A DNA stretch of 64,000 bases, taken from positions 434,001-498,000 of the forward strand of contig NW_027590147.1 in the NCBI RefSeq assembly GCF_964213995.1, written 5' to 3'. The position numbers and the translations under genes are program-made. Origin of the DNA: Mustelus asterias. Lineage: Eukaryota. Position 1 is the stretch's first letter. Each line of letters starts with the position of its first letter. A model generated the notes under the pieces. That model did not search any database. It saw nothing but the letters and a program-made list of their open reading frames with translations, and was not told the DNA's origin. This document shows positions 25,666 to 37,512 of the stretch, piece after piece.

Positions 25666-26361
25666 TCTACTCGATCTTTTCTCCTGAAGGAGCACCGTGA
25701 GTTCTAGGTTACTTGTACATAAGGACTGATGCTTCAAGCAACAGATCAAGCATGGATGTAAAAGATTCTCCAGCTCTCTCTTTACCCCTATCCAACTTGT
25801 GGACAGTTCTTAGTATTATTTCTTCCAAGCCCTTAATTGTCCCAATCTATAATATTATCCATTTTATTTTAATTTCCCTCACTTTGTGAGCATGTGCAGT
25901 GTGTTTAATTGGACCCTGATTGTTTTGAACTCAGTTTCTCTGGAGTGTGTTTCAATGCCTTGATGATGTCACAATGTTGTCTCAATCCCCTGGCCACATG
26001 AACCATTTCATCTCCTGCTGTGTCTCAAGTAGCTGTGTGTGTTTGGGACCCGCTCTTCACTCCATCTCACCATGAATTTAGGCTTGCTATTTTTCACATG
26101 TAACAAATCACATCTGCACACTCACTCCGCTATCCCAAAATCATGTCACACATTCTTAACTCTCAGATGTGCTGACGAAAGGATCAAAGTGAGTGTCTGT
26201 CTTTCTTATTTCCCTGTTATTGTCTGATATTTCATGCAATGACTGGGCTTTCAAATGTAGATTTCTTTAAAACAAAGTTCATGGATGTCGGAGTGTTTCA
26301 CAGACCAAGTATTATGCTGGCCTTCACTGATTTACAACTCCACTCATACAAAGAACAATAT

Positions 26362-26680
26362 GGCGGCACGGTGGCACAGTGGTTAGCACTGCTGCCTCAC
26401 AGCACCAGGGACCCGGGTTTGATTCCTGGCTTGGGTTACTGTCTGTGTGGAGTTTGCACATTCTCCCCGTGTCTGCATGAGTTTCCTCCGGATGCTCCGG
26501 TTTCCTCCCGCAGTCCAAAGCTGTGTGGGTTGGGTTGATTGGCTGTGCTAAATTGACCCTAGTTTCTGGGGGATTAGCAAGGTAAATATGTGGGGTTACG
26601 GATATAGGCTGGGATTGTTGTCAGTGCAGGCTTGATGGGCCAAATGGCCTCCTTCTGTACTATCGGGATTCTATTCTATG
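26362..26680 (+). mobile_element. HE1-like V-SINE
   Basis: GGCGGCACGGTGGCACAGTGGTTAGC head through GATTCTATTCTATG tail. Confidence 0.9.
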
Positions 26681-26695
26681 AATATAATGAAGCAA

Positions 26696-27409
26696 TGTAA
26701 TGGGCATCTTGTTGATTTCCAGCCTGGGCTAATACAGTAACCTGGAGTTTTATGACCCTTTTGGAATTGTTGGGTGGAGCCTGATTGAAAGGTCAGCGCT
26801 CTCTTTGGACATTTTTTTTAAACAGGAGAAAGATTTTAGTTTTCTTTCGTAACAAGCTCTTTGGACTGCAGACTGAGAGCAGTGTTTCTCATCTCTCTCT
26901 GTGGAGTGAAGATTCTGCTGCCTGTGAGTTGCCAGCTGGAAGATAGTGGCAAGCAGTCTCTCTCTCTCTGTCTCTCTCTCAAGGTCCTGAAAGTTCCAGG
27001 ACTGGGAAGTCAAAGTTTGAATTCAACATTTAAAGGACTAATTCACAACAGGTGTTAAAAAGCTGCCAAATCCAGCATCATGTGAGCATACCTGCTTTCT
27101 GGGCAAAGCCTAGAACGGGGTGTATGTTTGAAGGGATTATTTGATTTGCAACTGTATACTTAGCTGTACTGGTTGATACAAGATCATGGTTGCTTTTTAT
27201 TGCAATTGGTAAAAGTTATGCTAATTTTTCTTCTTATACTTTAACTGTGTTCTTAAATACACTTTGTTTGATAAAAGCTTCCTAGTGGCTCACTTGAATC
27301 GTACCTGGAGTGAAATATTTATGCTCACCCATGCCAAAATCAAAGTGCAAAACTTCTGGCTCGGCTGACTTTGTAAAACACTTTGGAGTTTCTGACCTGG
27401 GTCACAACA
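26696..27409 (+). mobile_element. Possible solo LTR
   Basis: TGTAA...CAACA ends, internal (CT)n; absent from the paralogous flank near 12 kb. Confidence 0.4.
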
Positions 27410-27413
27410 TGTT

Positions 27414-28100
27414 TAACCACACCCAAGGTGAGTTATTCAAATTCCTTTATTCAGGACAATATCTTCACAGTATCTTTAAAACAGAAATTAAACATTCCCA
27501 TTTGATTCCAGACAGTAACATATTCTGTTAGTTTGTTCTTTATTGTCAATGTCAGGCTGAGGTTGTTCCCCTTGGAGCAAAGGAGGTTGAGGGGAGATTT
27601 GATAGAGGTGGACAAGATTCTGACAGGTTTAGATAAGGTGGACAAAGAAAAGCTGTTCCTATTAGCCGATTGGACAAGGACGAGGGGGACACAGATTTAA
27701 GGTTTTGGGTCAGAGATGCAGAGATGTGAGGAAGAATATTTTGATGCAGCGAATGGTAATGACCTGGAACTCGCTGCCTACGAGGGTGGAGGAAGTGGAG
27801 ACAATAAACAATTACAAAGGAAATTGGATGGGCATTTGGGGCGTTTCAAACAGAAATGCTGACTAAATATCTCTGAACTTCCTCACACCCTGTCACTCTG
27901 TGATCCTTGTGAAATTTGAAACCAGGTATTCACAACAAGACTCAAAGAGCATCAGCCCACTGGAGGCAAAGTCGTGAGACCGGCCAGTCCAGCAGAAAGA
28001 AACCCTCCGACCCTCCCCATTGACCAACTGTGAGAATGAACAAAATGCAGTCCTGGGTGTAATTGAGAGCAGAAACAATAACAGCAGAATCTAATCCCCA
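27414..28100. repeat. Duplicated ZNF 3' flank, paralogous to ~12165-12860, including a shared LINE fragment
   Basis: Long near-identical runs, e.g. GTCAATGTCAGGCTG..GGAGCAAAGGAGGTTGAGGGGAGATTTGATAGAGG in both. Confidence 0.9.
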
Positions 28101-28103
28101 TAT

Positions 28104-28946
28104 TCACTTGTGAACTTTTTGGTGTGTCAGCAGGGTGGATGAATCAGTGAATCCCTTCCCACACTGAGAGCAGCTGAACAGTCTCTCCCCGGTGTGAACT
28201 CGCTGGTGTGATTGCAGGGTGGATAACCGAGTGAATCTCTTCCCACACACGGGGCAGGTGAACGGCCTCTCTCCAGAGTGAACTCGCTGGTGTCTCCGCA
28301 GATTAGATAACTGAGTGAATCCCTTTCCACACTGAGAGCAGGTGAATGGCCTCTCCCCAGTGTGAACTCGCTGGTGTATCTGCAGGTTTGATAAATGAAT
28401 GAATCCCTTCCCACACTGAAAGCAACTGTATGGCCTCTCCCCAGTGTGATTGCGCTGGTGTGTCTGCAGGCTGTACAATTGAGTGAATCCTTTCCCACAC
28501 TGAGAGCAGGTGAACGGTCTCTCCCCAGTGTGAACTCGCTGGTGTGCCCGCAGATGAGATAACTGAGTGAATCTTTTCCCACATGCAGAGCAGCCGAATG
28601 GCCTCTCTCCTGTGTGAACTCGCTGGTGTTTCTGTAGGTTGGATGACTTACTGAATCCCTTCACACACTGAGAGCAGGTGAATGGCCTCTCCCCAGTGTG
28701 AACTCGCTGGTGTGTCTGCAGGCTTGATATCTGAGTAAATCCCTTCCCACACTGACAGCAGGTGAATGCACTCTCACCAGTGTGAACTTGCTGGTGTCTC
28801 TGCAGAGTGGATGAATCAATGAATCCCTTCCCACACACCCAGCAGGTGAACGGCCTCTCCCCAGTGTGGCTGTGCCGATGAGCTTCCAGTAGAGAGGGCG
28901 CTTTGTATCTCTTCCCACAGTCCTCACATTTCCATGGTTTTTCCAT
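28104..28946 (-). CDS. C2H2 zinc-finger protein, 280 aa, 10 fingers
   Basis: [10 protein letters not shown] start, ten CxxC..HxxxH units; terminal exon starts at ~29272. Confidence 0.9.
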   Translation of the reverse strand: MEKPWKCEDCGKRYKAPSLLEAHRHSHTGERPFTCWVCGKGFIDSSTLQRHQQVHTGESAFTCCQCGKGFTQISSLQTHQRVHTGERPFTCSQCVKGFSKSSNLQKHQRVHTGERPFGCSACGKRFTQLSHLRAHQRVHTGERPFTCSQCGKGFTQLYSLQTHQRNHTGERPYSCFQCGKGFIHLSNLQIHQRVHTGERPFTCSQCGKGFTQLSNLRRHQRVHSGERPFTCPVCGKRFTRLSTLQSHQRVHTGERLFSCSQCGKGFTDSSTLLTHQKVHK

Positions 28947-29272
28947 ATTTTCAGTCTCCTTGTATCATTTGAAACCTCGTCCACACAGAGAACATGGTAT
29001 GGTCTCTCCCTGCTGTGAATGCTGCGATGTATTTTCAGGCTGTGTAACTGGTTAAAGCTCTTTTCACTGTCAGTGCACTGGAACACTCTCACTCGGGTGT
29101 GTGTTTGTGTCCCGGTGTTTTTCCAGTCACACTGCTGCTTAAAATCTTGCAGTCAAACATTTCTCCTTCCCATTCAGAGGCTGAGGATATTTAGTTTCCA
29201 AGGAATCGAGTGACTCTGTCAGATTGAGATGTGATCGTTAAAATTTATCGGTGTGATTCCTCTTCTAATATC

Positions 29273-29545
29273 CTGTAAAAACAATTTACAAAATTCATCA
29301 CAGCCAGTACAGGATAGAAATTCAGAACAGACAATTCTAGTTTCTGTGGAACATTCTTTCCTCTCTCATTCCCCAAAAGCTGTAAATCTCCATCCCACAC
29401 ACTCTCCCTCCATTCTCACTCTGCTGTAGCTAATATTCACCCTCCCAATTCTCCTGAAGGTGCTGATTGAGGCTGATTGACAGATCCATGCTCACTGCTT
29501 CCTGTCCTGGACACACACAGCTGAAAATCTCCATGCAGACTGCCA
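29273..29545 (-). other. Conserved ZNF-family small upstream exon plus last intron
   Basis: CAGGACAGGAAGCA|GTGAGC...TTTTACAG|GATATT; near-identical copies at 17182-17412, 19893-20045, 62800-63012, weaker at 44130-44265. Confidence 0.7.
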
Positions 29546-30900
29546 GTCTAACAGAAATATGGCTACATTCTCGACTAAAAATGTTTTAAATGGATTGTTT
29601 CAGTGAGTGAAGATACAGGGGGGTTGTGACTGATGATGATATTGAACTTGCTGCCAACGTGGGTGATCATAGAGTTTGACAGCATGGAAAGAGGCCCTTC
29701 GGCCCATCGTGTTTGTGCCGGCCATCAAGCACCGTTCTATTCTAATCCCATTTTCCACACGTGATGTGTAACCTTGCATGCTATGGCATTGCAAGAGTTT
29801 ATCTAAATTCTTCTTCAATGTTATGATGATTCCCACCTCTACCACCCTTTCAGGCAGTGAGTTCCAGATTCCCATCACCATCTGAGTGAAAAAGCTTTCC
29901 CTCACATCTTCTATCAACCTCCTGCCCCTGAACTTAAATCCAGGCCCCTGGTTATTGACCTCTCTACTAAAGAGAAAAGTTCCTTTCTATCCCCCCTATC
30001 TGTGCCCCTCAGAATTTTAATGTTAGGCTGGATAACTTGGGGTTGTTCTCCTTGGAGCAAAGTAGATTGATAGAGGTGTACAAGGGTACATGGAGGTGTC
30101 AAAGTTTTCATGCTCTGTTTACACGTGTACAAGCTCTGACTATGGGTCATCCAGTCTCAAAACGTTGGTTCGATTCTCTCTCCACAGATGATGTCAAATC
30201 TGCTGAGATTTTCCAGCATTTACTGTTTTACTTTCCCTTTCTTTTTCCTTCTCTGTCACCGCTCTGCCTCATCAATAAGACATTGGGACTCAGAGGGTTG
30301 ATGCAGTTTGATGGACAAGTTGTCTCCATTCTGAACAATGGGGAACAAGCTCCTCCCAGTCATTGACAATATTGCCCCCTAAAACGATGCCGGCTGCGCA
30401 TGCGCCTTGTTGCATATATGCCCTGTTTTTTTTTACTTAAAACTCTCCTTTATTGTGAATCACGTCAAATCTTTTACACGTTTTGTGAACAGAATTCCCA
30501 CTCACCTGATGAAAGCTCGTGGCTTGTGCTACCAAATAAACCTGGTGTTGTGAACGCGGCCCGAACATGAGGAGCTGCGGTACCGCTCGGTACAAACTGA
30601 GGTTTGTACAAACAGCTCTTTACAGAGGTTCACGGCTGACACAACCTGCTTCCGCAGCGTTTCCGTCCACCCGCGAGATCCCTCGCCCCCTCCGTACCGT
30701 CAATCACCGCTAATCTATCTATACTTTTCCAATTCAATCAAATCAAATCCAATTCACGGTCTCAACAAGTTGAGACATTTCAGATCCAGGCTGACAAGAC
30801 AGGGCGAGCGACCAAACCACCCTGTCCTGGGCCTGATCTACATGAGCCAAGCTGATTGGAGAAGGGGGAGGTTCCTCCTCCAATACTTGAGCTCATTTGC

Positions 30901-30921
30901 ATCTTAGCCAAAAGGCCGAGA
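30901..30921 (-). pseudogene. RNU2: U2 snRNA 5' fragment (nt 7-27)
   Basis: Minus strand TCTCGGCCTTTTGGCTAAGAT. Confidence 0.8.
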
Positions 30922-31011
30922 TGCCGCTTTAAAAAATTGCTTCATATGAAACATATGAAGCTTCAGTGTAACCTAATGACCCCAACCAAGCGCGGCCATG
31001 GGCTGCTGACC

Positions 31012-31042
31012 ATACTACACTTGATCTTAGCCAAAAGGCCGA
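31012..31042 (-). pseudogene. RNU2: U2 snRNA 5' fragment (nt 9-39, includes GTAGTA)
   Basis: Minus strand TCGGCCTTTTGGCTAAGATCAAGTGTAGTAT, 31/31 match to vertebrate U2 as recalled; rest of U2 absent. Confidence 0.9.
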
Positions 31043-31059
31043 ATCTCCGAGCCGAAAAA

Positions 31060-31300
31060 ACAGCCCTTCCACGTCGCCATTACCCACAATGCGCATGCTC
31101 CAGTCAGAGCGGGCCCCGCCCCTCATTCACTTTGATTGGTTGGAGGCATCCAACGCCGGCATCTCCACATTATTGGTTGAAGGACCAGCCTCTCCCGGTC
31201 GGACCTCCAACCGCGCCCCTTCTCTTCCCATTGGTGCGCGCTGCCGTCAATCAGCCGGGCATTGTGACGGTGACTTGCTGCTTGTCCAATAATCACCGTG
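31060..31300. promoter_or_regulatory. ZNF-family promoter module (NRF1-like, GC box, CCAAT boxes)
   Basis: TGCGCATGC..CCCCGCCCCTCATTCAC..ATTGGTTGGAGG; homologous to 42575-42720 and, inverted, 49348-49412. Confidence 0.75.
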
Positions 31301-31304
31301 ACAG

Positions 31305-32000
31305 AGTCTCAGTGTAACAATGACACACACAGGCTCCAATACAATCAGAGTGGGGATGGAGCACAGAGACAACACAGCAAAGCACTGACTTACTCTGAGT
31401 GTAACAATGACACACACAGACTCCAATACAGTCAGAGTGGAGATGGAGCACAGAGACAACACAGCAAAGCACTGACTTACTCTGAGTGTAACAATGACAC
31501 ATACAGGCTCCAATACAGTCAGAGTGGAGATGGAGCACAGAGACAACACAGCAAAGCACTGACTAACTCTCAGTGTAACAGTGACACATACAGGCTCCAA
31601 TACAATCAGAGTGGGGATGGAGCACAGAGACAACACAGCAAAGCACTGACTTACTCTGAGTGTAACAATGACACACACAGGCTCCAATACAGTCAGAGTG
31701 GAGATGGAGCACAGAGACAACACAGCAAAGCACTGACTTACTCTCAGTGTAACAGTGACACATACAGGCTCCAATACAATCAGAGTGGGGATGGAGCACA
31801 GAGACAACACAGCAAAGCACTGACTTACTCTGAGTGTAACAATGACACACACAGGCTCCGATACAATCAGAGTGGGGATGGAGCACAGAGACAACACAGC
31901 AAAGCACTGACTTACTCTGAGTGTAACAATGACACACACAGGCTCCAATACAATCAGAGTGGGGATGGAGCACAGAGACAACACAGCAAAGCACTGACTT
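31305..32000. repeat. Minisatellite, 8 x 87 bp
   Basis: AGTGTAAC recurs at 31311, 31398 and on with period 87; few substitutions between units. Confidence 0.95.
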
Positions 32001-32140
32001 CAAAACAGAAAATGCTGCAAAACCTCAGCAAGTCTGACAGCAACTGTGGAGAGAGATTCCATGATGTGGAGATGCTGGCGTTCGACTGGGGTAAGCCCAG
32101 TAAGAAGTCTCACAACACCAGGTTATAGTCCAACAGGTTT

Positions 32141-33152
32141 AGAACATAGAACATAGAAAGCCACAGCACAAACAGGCCCTTCGGCCCACAAGTTGCGCCG
32201 ATCACATCCCCACCTCTAGGCCTATCTATAGCCCTCAATCCCATTAAATCCCATGTACTCATCCAGAAGTCTCTTAAAAGACCCCAACGAGTTTGCCTCC
32301 ACCACCACCGACGTCAGCCGATTCCACTCACCCACCACCCTCTGAGTGAAAAACTTACCCCTGACATCTCCTCTGTACCTACCCCCCAGCACCTTAAACC
32401 TGTGTCCTCTCGTAGCAACCATTTCAGCCCTTGGAAATAGCCTCTGAGAGTCTACCCTATCCAGACCTCTCAACATCTTGTAAACCTCTATCAGGTCACC
32501 TCTCATCCTTCGTCTCTCCAGGGAGAAGAGACCAAGCTCCCTCAACCTATCCTCATAAGGCATGCCCCCCAATCCAGGCAACATCCTTGTAAATCTCCTC
32601 TGCACCCTTTCAATGGCTTCAACATCTTTCCTGTAATGAGGTGACCAGATCTGCGCGCAGTACTCCAAGTGGGGTCTAACCAGGGTCCTATAAAGCTGCA
32701 GCATTATCTCCCGACTCCTAAACTCAATCCCTCGATTAATGAAGGCCAGTACGCCGTACGCCTTCTTGACCGCATCCTCCACCTGCGAGGCCGATTTAAG
32801 AGTCCTATGGACCCGGACCCCAAGGTCCTTCTGATCCTCTACACTGCTAAGAATGGTACCCTTCATATTATACTGCTGCTTCATCCCATTGGATCTGCCA
32901 AAATGGATCACCACACACTTATCCGGGTTGAAGTCCATCTGCCACTTCTCCGCCCAGTCTTGCATTCTATCTATGTCTCGCTGCAACTTCTGACATTCCT
33001 CCAAACTATCCACAACACCACCTACCTTGGTGTCGTCAGCAAACTTACCAACCCATCCCTCCACTTCCTCATCCAGGTCATTTATGAAAATGACAAACAG
33101 CAAGGGTCCCAGAACAGATCCCTGGGGCACTCCACTGGTCACTGACCTCCAT
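32141..33152 (-). mobile_element. Young 5'-truncated CR1-clade LINE with open RT C-terminus
   Basis: ORF 32222-33166: SGVPQGSVLGPLLFVIFINDLD, KFADDTK; (TTCTATG)n-type tail. Confidence 0.95.
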
Positions 33153-33162
33153 GCAGTACAAG

Positions 33163-33199
33163 CCATAAGCTTTCGGAGCGCTGCTCCTTCATCAGATGA
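33163..33199 (-). ncRNA. Minimal hammerhead ribozyme
   Basis: Minus strand TCAT-CTGATGA-A-GGAGC-AGC-GCTCC-GAAA-GC-TT-ATGG. Confidence 0.75.
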
Positions 33200-34063
33200 G
33201 TGGGAGTTCTGTTCACAAACAGGGCATATAAAGACACAAACTCAATTTACAAAATAATGGTTGGAATGCAAGTCTTTACAGGTAATCAAGTCTTAAAGGT
33301 ACAGACAATGTGAGTGGAAGGAGCATTAAGCACAGGTTAAAGAGATGTGTATTGTCTCCAGCCAGGACAGTTAGTGAGATTTTGCAAGTCCAGGCAAGTC
33401 GTGGAGGTTACAGATAGTGTGACATGAACCCAAGATCCCGGTTGAGGCCGTCCTCATGTGTGCGGAACTTGGCTATCAGTCTCTGTTCAGCGACTCTGCG
33501 TTGTCGTGTGTCGTGAAGGCCGCCTTGGAGAACGCTGACCCGAAGATCAGAGGCCGAATGCCTGTGACCGTTGAAGTGTTCCCCAACAGGAAGAGAACAC
33601 TCTTGCCTGGTGATTGTCGAGCGCTGTTCATTCATCCGTGGTCGTAGCGTCTGCATAGTCTCCCCAATGTTCCATGCCTCGGGACATTCTTTCCTGCAAC
33701 GTATCAGGCAGACAACGTTGGCTGAGTTGCAAGTGTATGTACCATACACCTGGTGTATGGTGTTCTCACGTGAGATGATGGCATCCGTGTTGATGATCCG
33801 GCACGTCTTGCAGAGGTTGCTGTGGCAGGGTTGTGTGGTGTCGTTTTCACTGTTCTCCTGAAGGCTGGGAAGTTTGTGAGACTTACAGAGAGATTCCAGC
33901 CAACGTTTCGAGTCTGGATGACCCTTCGTCATGGATTGCCTTGATTTACTTTGGATTGACTTACTCTGAATGTAACAAACACAGTGTTTATTCCAATAAT
34001 AAGTCAGGCTGCAGTATGTTAGTGAACACAGTATTGGATCCAATGTAATGATAGTACAGAGGG

Positions 34064-34360
34064 TATAGAATCCCTACAGTGCAGAAGGAGGTCATTGAGC
34101 CTATACCGACAACGATCTCACCCCCAGCCCTATCCCCGTAACCCATGTAGTTATCCTGCTAATCCCAAGGGCCAATTTAGCATGGCCAATCTATCTAATC
34201 TGCACATTTTTGGAGTGTGGGAGGAAACAAGAGCACCCGGAGGAAACCCACACAGACACGGGGAGAATGTGCAGACTCCACACAGTCAGCTGAGGCATGA
34301 ATTAAACCCGGGTTCCTGGTGACGTGAGGCAGCAATGCTGACCACTGTGCTGCCAGGCTG
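34064..34360 (-). mobile_element. HE1-like V-SINE, diverged
   Basis: Reverse-complement V-domain GAGCACCCGGAGGAAACCCAC. Confidence 0.8.
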
Positions 34361-36306
34361 CCTGTGTTTTGAGAAATCTCATTAATATCTGGAACTCAGA
34401 TGGGGATATGGGTTGGTGTTTGGTGGGAGTCAGATTTACAGAATTTCAGAATGGATTCCTGTAATATCAGCAATCCAATTGCTATATGTTGGTAAGACTG
34501 AGAGAAGTATTTAAAGTGGAGACCATCGGTGTGTTTAAAGGTCGTGATGGAATTTATGAACTGAGAAAATATGTGAGAGCAAAGAAATCAATCTAGAAAA
34601 TTGTAGTCACTTCACGGTGTTCCAGGAGAAGTGGCGTCTGGTTGTGGAGATGTCAGGTTTTACACAGCACATGGTCATTCTGAATGGAGAATCTCTGAGT
34701 TGTACAATTCACATCATTCAGGGGCCAGATTGTCTGCTCAGAAAGAGGAAGGTTTCCGTGACACAATGAAAAGCAACACACACACTCACAGACACCCTCA
34801 CACACAGAGTCTCACACCCTGCAAATTATCTCCTGTCACTTTATTGTTTTTAGTCGTTTTGAAATAAATCCTGAATGAACTATAAAATCATTCAGAAGTA
34901 CTTGTTGAGATTCCCCTGAAAGACATCTATACTGTTCATTTCACTCCCTGTAGTTGTGATTTCCATATTCTCGCCACTCTTTGTGTAGAGAAATTTATCC
35001 TGGATTTCCTATTGGATTTCTCAGTGACTGTTTTATATTGATTGTCTCCAGTTTCCCAGTAACTTCACTGCAGTGTTAATCTAAGCCTAGTTGTGACTAA
35101 AAAATAAACTTTACTTTTTGCTCTTCCCCACAAGAGGAAACACTATTTCTGTATCTAAGCATTTTATAAATTTGAGGACCTCTGCTCAGGTTACCCCTCA
35201 GCCTTCATTTCTCAAGAAAGAAGAACGAGCCTGTCAATCCTTTCCTGATAAAAAACCACACACGTTTTGAAAATCATTTATGGGATGTGGGCATTGCTGG
35301 CTTGGCCAGCATTTATGGCTAATCCCTGATTGCCCTTGAGAAGGTGGTGGTGAGCTGCCTTCTACATTAAAATCTCATCATTAAAATCCTCTCTGCACCC
35401 TTTCCAGTGCCTGGATATTTTTTTAAATAATACGGTGACCAGAATGGTATGCAGTGGTCAGTAAGATTCTTGATCAGAGAGTCACAGATTTTCCAAAAGT
35501 GGTTTGAGCTTATCCATGGTTTTAAATTAGATTCTTAGGAAGCAACAATTTAAAAATGATGCATAATAAACAGGGAAAAAAAACAAGACCTATGGCAGGT
35601 GAGTAACCGAGGCCCCAGCACTGATCCTGTGTTACCCAAATAGTCACTGCCTGCCAGTTGGAAAAAGACCCGTTTAATCCTACTCTTTGTCTCCTGTTTG
35701 CCAGTCAGTTTTCTACTCATCTCAGTACAACAGCCCCAATCCCATGTGCTTTACTTTTTGTGAAGAAGTTGCCGAGTTGGCGGATGATGGGAATCGGGTT
35801 CACGTTATCTATCTCAGGACATAATCATCAACAACTTGTATTTACACAGAGTGTTGTGGGGCTGGAGGAGGTTACTGAGATACTGAGGAACTTTTTTAAG
35901 TTCATTTTTACGGAATGTAGGCGTCACTGGCTGGGCCAGCATTTCTTTCCCATCCCTAACTGCCCTCCATTTCAGAGGGCATTTGAGAGTCAACCACATT
36001 GCTGGTCTGGAGTCACATGTAGGCCTGACCAAGTAAGGACAGCAGGTTTCCTTTTCTAAAGGGCGTTACTGAACCAAATGGGTTTTTACGACAATTGATT
36101 AAAGGTTGAGGTTTGTCATTAGACTTTTAATCCAAGATTTTAATTGAATACAAATTTCACCATCGACTGTGGTGGGATTTGAACCTGGGTCCCCAGAGCC
36201 TTACCCTGAGTCCAGTGATAATTCCACTGTGCCGCTGCCTCCCCTATTCATCCAATTGTTATTGTTTATCTCAGGGCGCAGAAACAACAGAATCCAACTT
36301 TGCTGG

Positions 36307-37512
36307 TCACACATGAAGTCGTCTATGTTTCAGCAGGCTGTAATACTGAGTAAATCCCTTCCCACACATGGAGCAGTTGAACGGTTTTGCCCCAGTGTGA
36401 ACTCGCTGGTGTCTCTGCAGGCGGGGTGGATCAGTGAATCCCTTCCCACACAGGGAGCAGGTGAACGGTTCTGTCGCAGTGTGAGCTCGCTGGTGTTTCA
36501 GCATATAGGATGAATCAGTGAATCCCTTCCCACACACAGAGCAGGTGAACGGCTTCTCCCCAGTGTGAATGCGTTGGTGTCTCAGCAGGCCAGACGACTG
36601 AGCGAATCCCTTTCCACACACAGAGCACAGGAACGGCCTCTCCCCGGTGTGAATGCGTTTGTGTTTCAGCAGCTCATCACTTCTTTTAAAGGTCTTATTG
36701 CATTCTGAGCATTGAAAAGGTCTCTTATCAGAGTGAATGTGTTGGTGTTGATTGCAGTAGGAAAACTGAGCAAATCTTTTGCCGCAAATGGAGCAGGAGA
36801 ACGGCTTCTCCCCTGTGTGAATGCGGCGGTGTCTCCGGAGGCTGGATGACTCAGTGAAAGCCTTCCCACACACGGAGCAGATGAATGACTTCTCCCCGGT
36901 GTGAATAGGCCGGTGACTCAGCAGATGCTGCAAACAAGTAAATGTTTTCCCACACACAGGGCAAACGTATGGCCTCTCCCCAGTGTGAGTGCCCTGGTGT
37001 CTCAGCAGACTAATCCTTCTTTTGAAGGTCTTCTCACATTTAAAGCATTTAAAATGTCTCTTCTGAAAATGAATCTGTTGGTGAACGGTGCAGTGGGAGG
37101 ACTGAGTGAATCTCTTCCCACACTGGGAGCAGCTGAATGGCCTGTCCTTGGTGTGAACTTGTTGGTGCTCAGTGAGATGCACTGAGTCGCTGAATGACTC
37201 TCCACAGTGAGAGCAGCTGAACGGTCTCTCGTGTGTGTGAAGGAGCTGGTGCTCTGCAAGGCGGGAGGACTGGCTGAACCTCTTCCCGCAGTGGGAGCAG
37301 CTGAACGGTCTCTCGTCAGTGTGAAGGAGCTGGTGTTGGGCCTGTTCCTCAGAGGTTTCAATGCTTTGCCCAGAGTCAGAGCTTTGAAGAGGCTTCTGAA
37401 TAATGTGATCGAGTTGGTGAGCCAGCAGGTTGGACGAACACATGAATTTCTTCCCACACACGGAGCAGGTGAATGAACTCTCACTATTGCGAGTTCGCTG
37501 TCGTGTCAGCAT
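36307..37512 (-). CDS. C2H2 zinc-finger protein, ~401 aa from the first ATG, 13 intact fingers
   Basis: ORF 36307-37578 starts at TTG; first ATG at 37512; terminal exon starts ~37695 with in-frame stops before the ORF. Confidence 0.85.
   Translation of the reverse strand: MLTRQRTRNSESSFTCSVCGKKFMCSSNLLAHQLDHIIQKPLQSSDSGQSIETSEEQAQHQLLHTDERPFSCSHCGKRFSQSSRLAEHQLLHTHERPFSCSHCGESFSDSVHLTEHQQVHTKDRPFSCSQCGKRFTQSSHCTVHQQIHFQKRHFKCFKCEKTFKRRISLLRHQGTHTGERPYVCPVCGKTFTCLQHLLSHRPIHTGEKSFICSVCGKAFTESSSLRRHRRIHTGEKPFSCSICGKRFAQFSYCNQHQHIHSDKRPFQCSECNKTFKRSDELLKHKRIHTGERPFLCSVCGKGFAQSSGLLRHQRIHTGEKPFTCSVCGKGFTDSSYMLKHQRAHTATEPFTCSLCGKGFTDPPRLQRHQRVHTGAKPFNCSMCGKGFTQYYSLLKHRRLHV

Larger units (their letters stand above)
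30720..31045 (-). ncRNA. U2-headed, highly structured element (candidate snRNA-derived SINE, U2-targeting retroelement end, or novel ncRNA)
   Basis: Two U2 5' fragments, at least four hairpins, (ATTTG)n-like tail. Confidence 0.55.
32061..33876 (-). mobile_element. Penelope-like element 3' part (32061-32140 + ~33155-33876) split by a CR1 insertion
   Basis: GIY-YIG remnant in ORF 33408-34043 (ANVVCLIRC..WNIGETMQTLR); terminus at 32061-32140. Confidence 0.85.

Noticed and set aside
26362-26440. tRNA genes at SINE heads
   Set aside because: A/B-box heads continue into SINE bodies; no complete cloverleaf seen
29500-29545. KRAB-like or other effector exon upstream of the ZNFs
   Set aside because: No KRAB, SCAN or BTB motif in any listed ORF; the small exon's ATG frame stops soon after splicing
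30901-31042. Functional U2 snRNA gene
   Set aside because: Only the first 39 nt or less; stem II, Sm site and 3' domain of U2 are missing
31305-32000. CRISPR array
   Set aside because: Units repeat over their whole length with no unique spacers; vertebrate context, no cas genes
31247-32128. 276-aa and 245-aa ORFs as protein genes
   Set aside because: By-products of an 87-bp (multiple of 3) repeat; non-ATG starts, no finger pattern, and the plus ORF runs into TE sequence
32222-33166. Host reverse-transcriptase gene or active LINE
   Set aside because: 5'-truncated CR1 copy with no endonuclease, ORF1 or promoter
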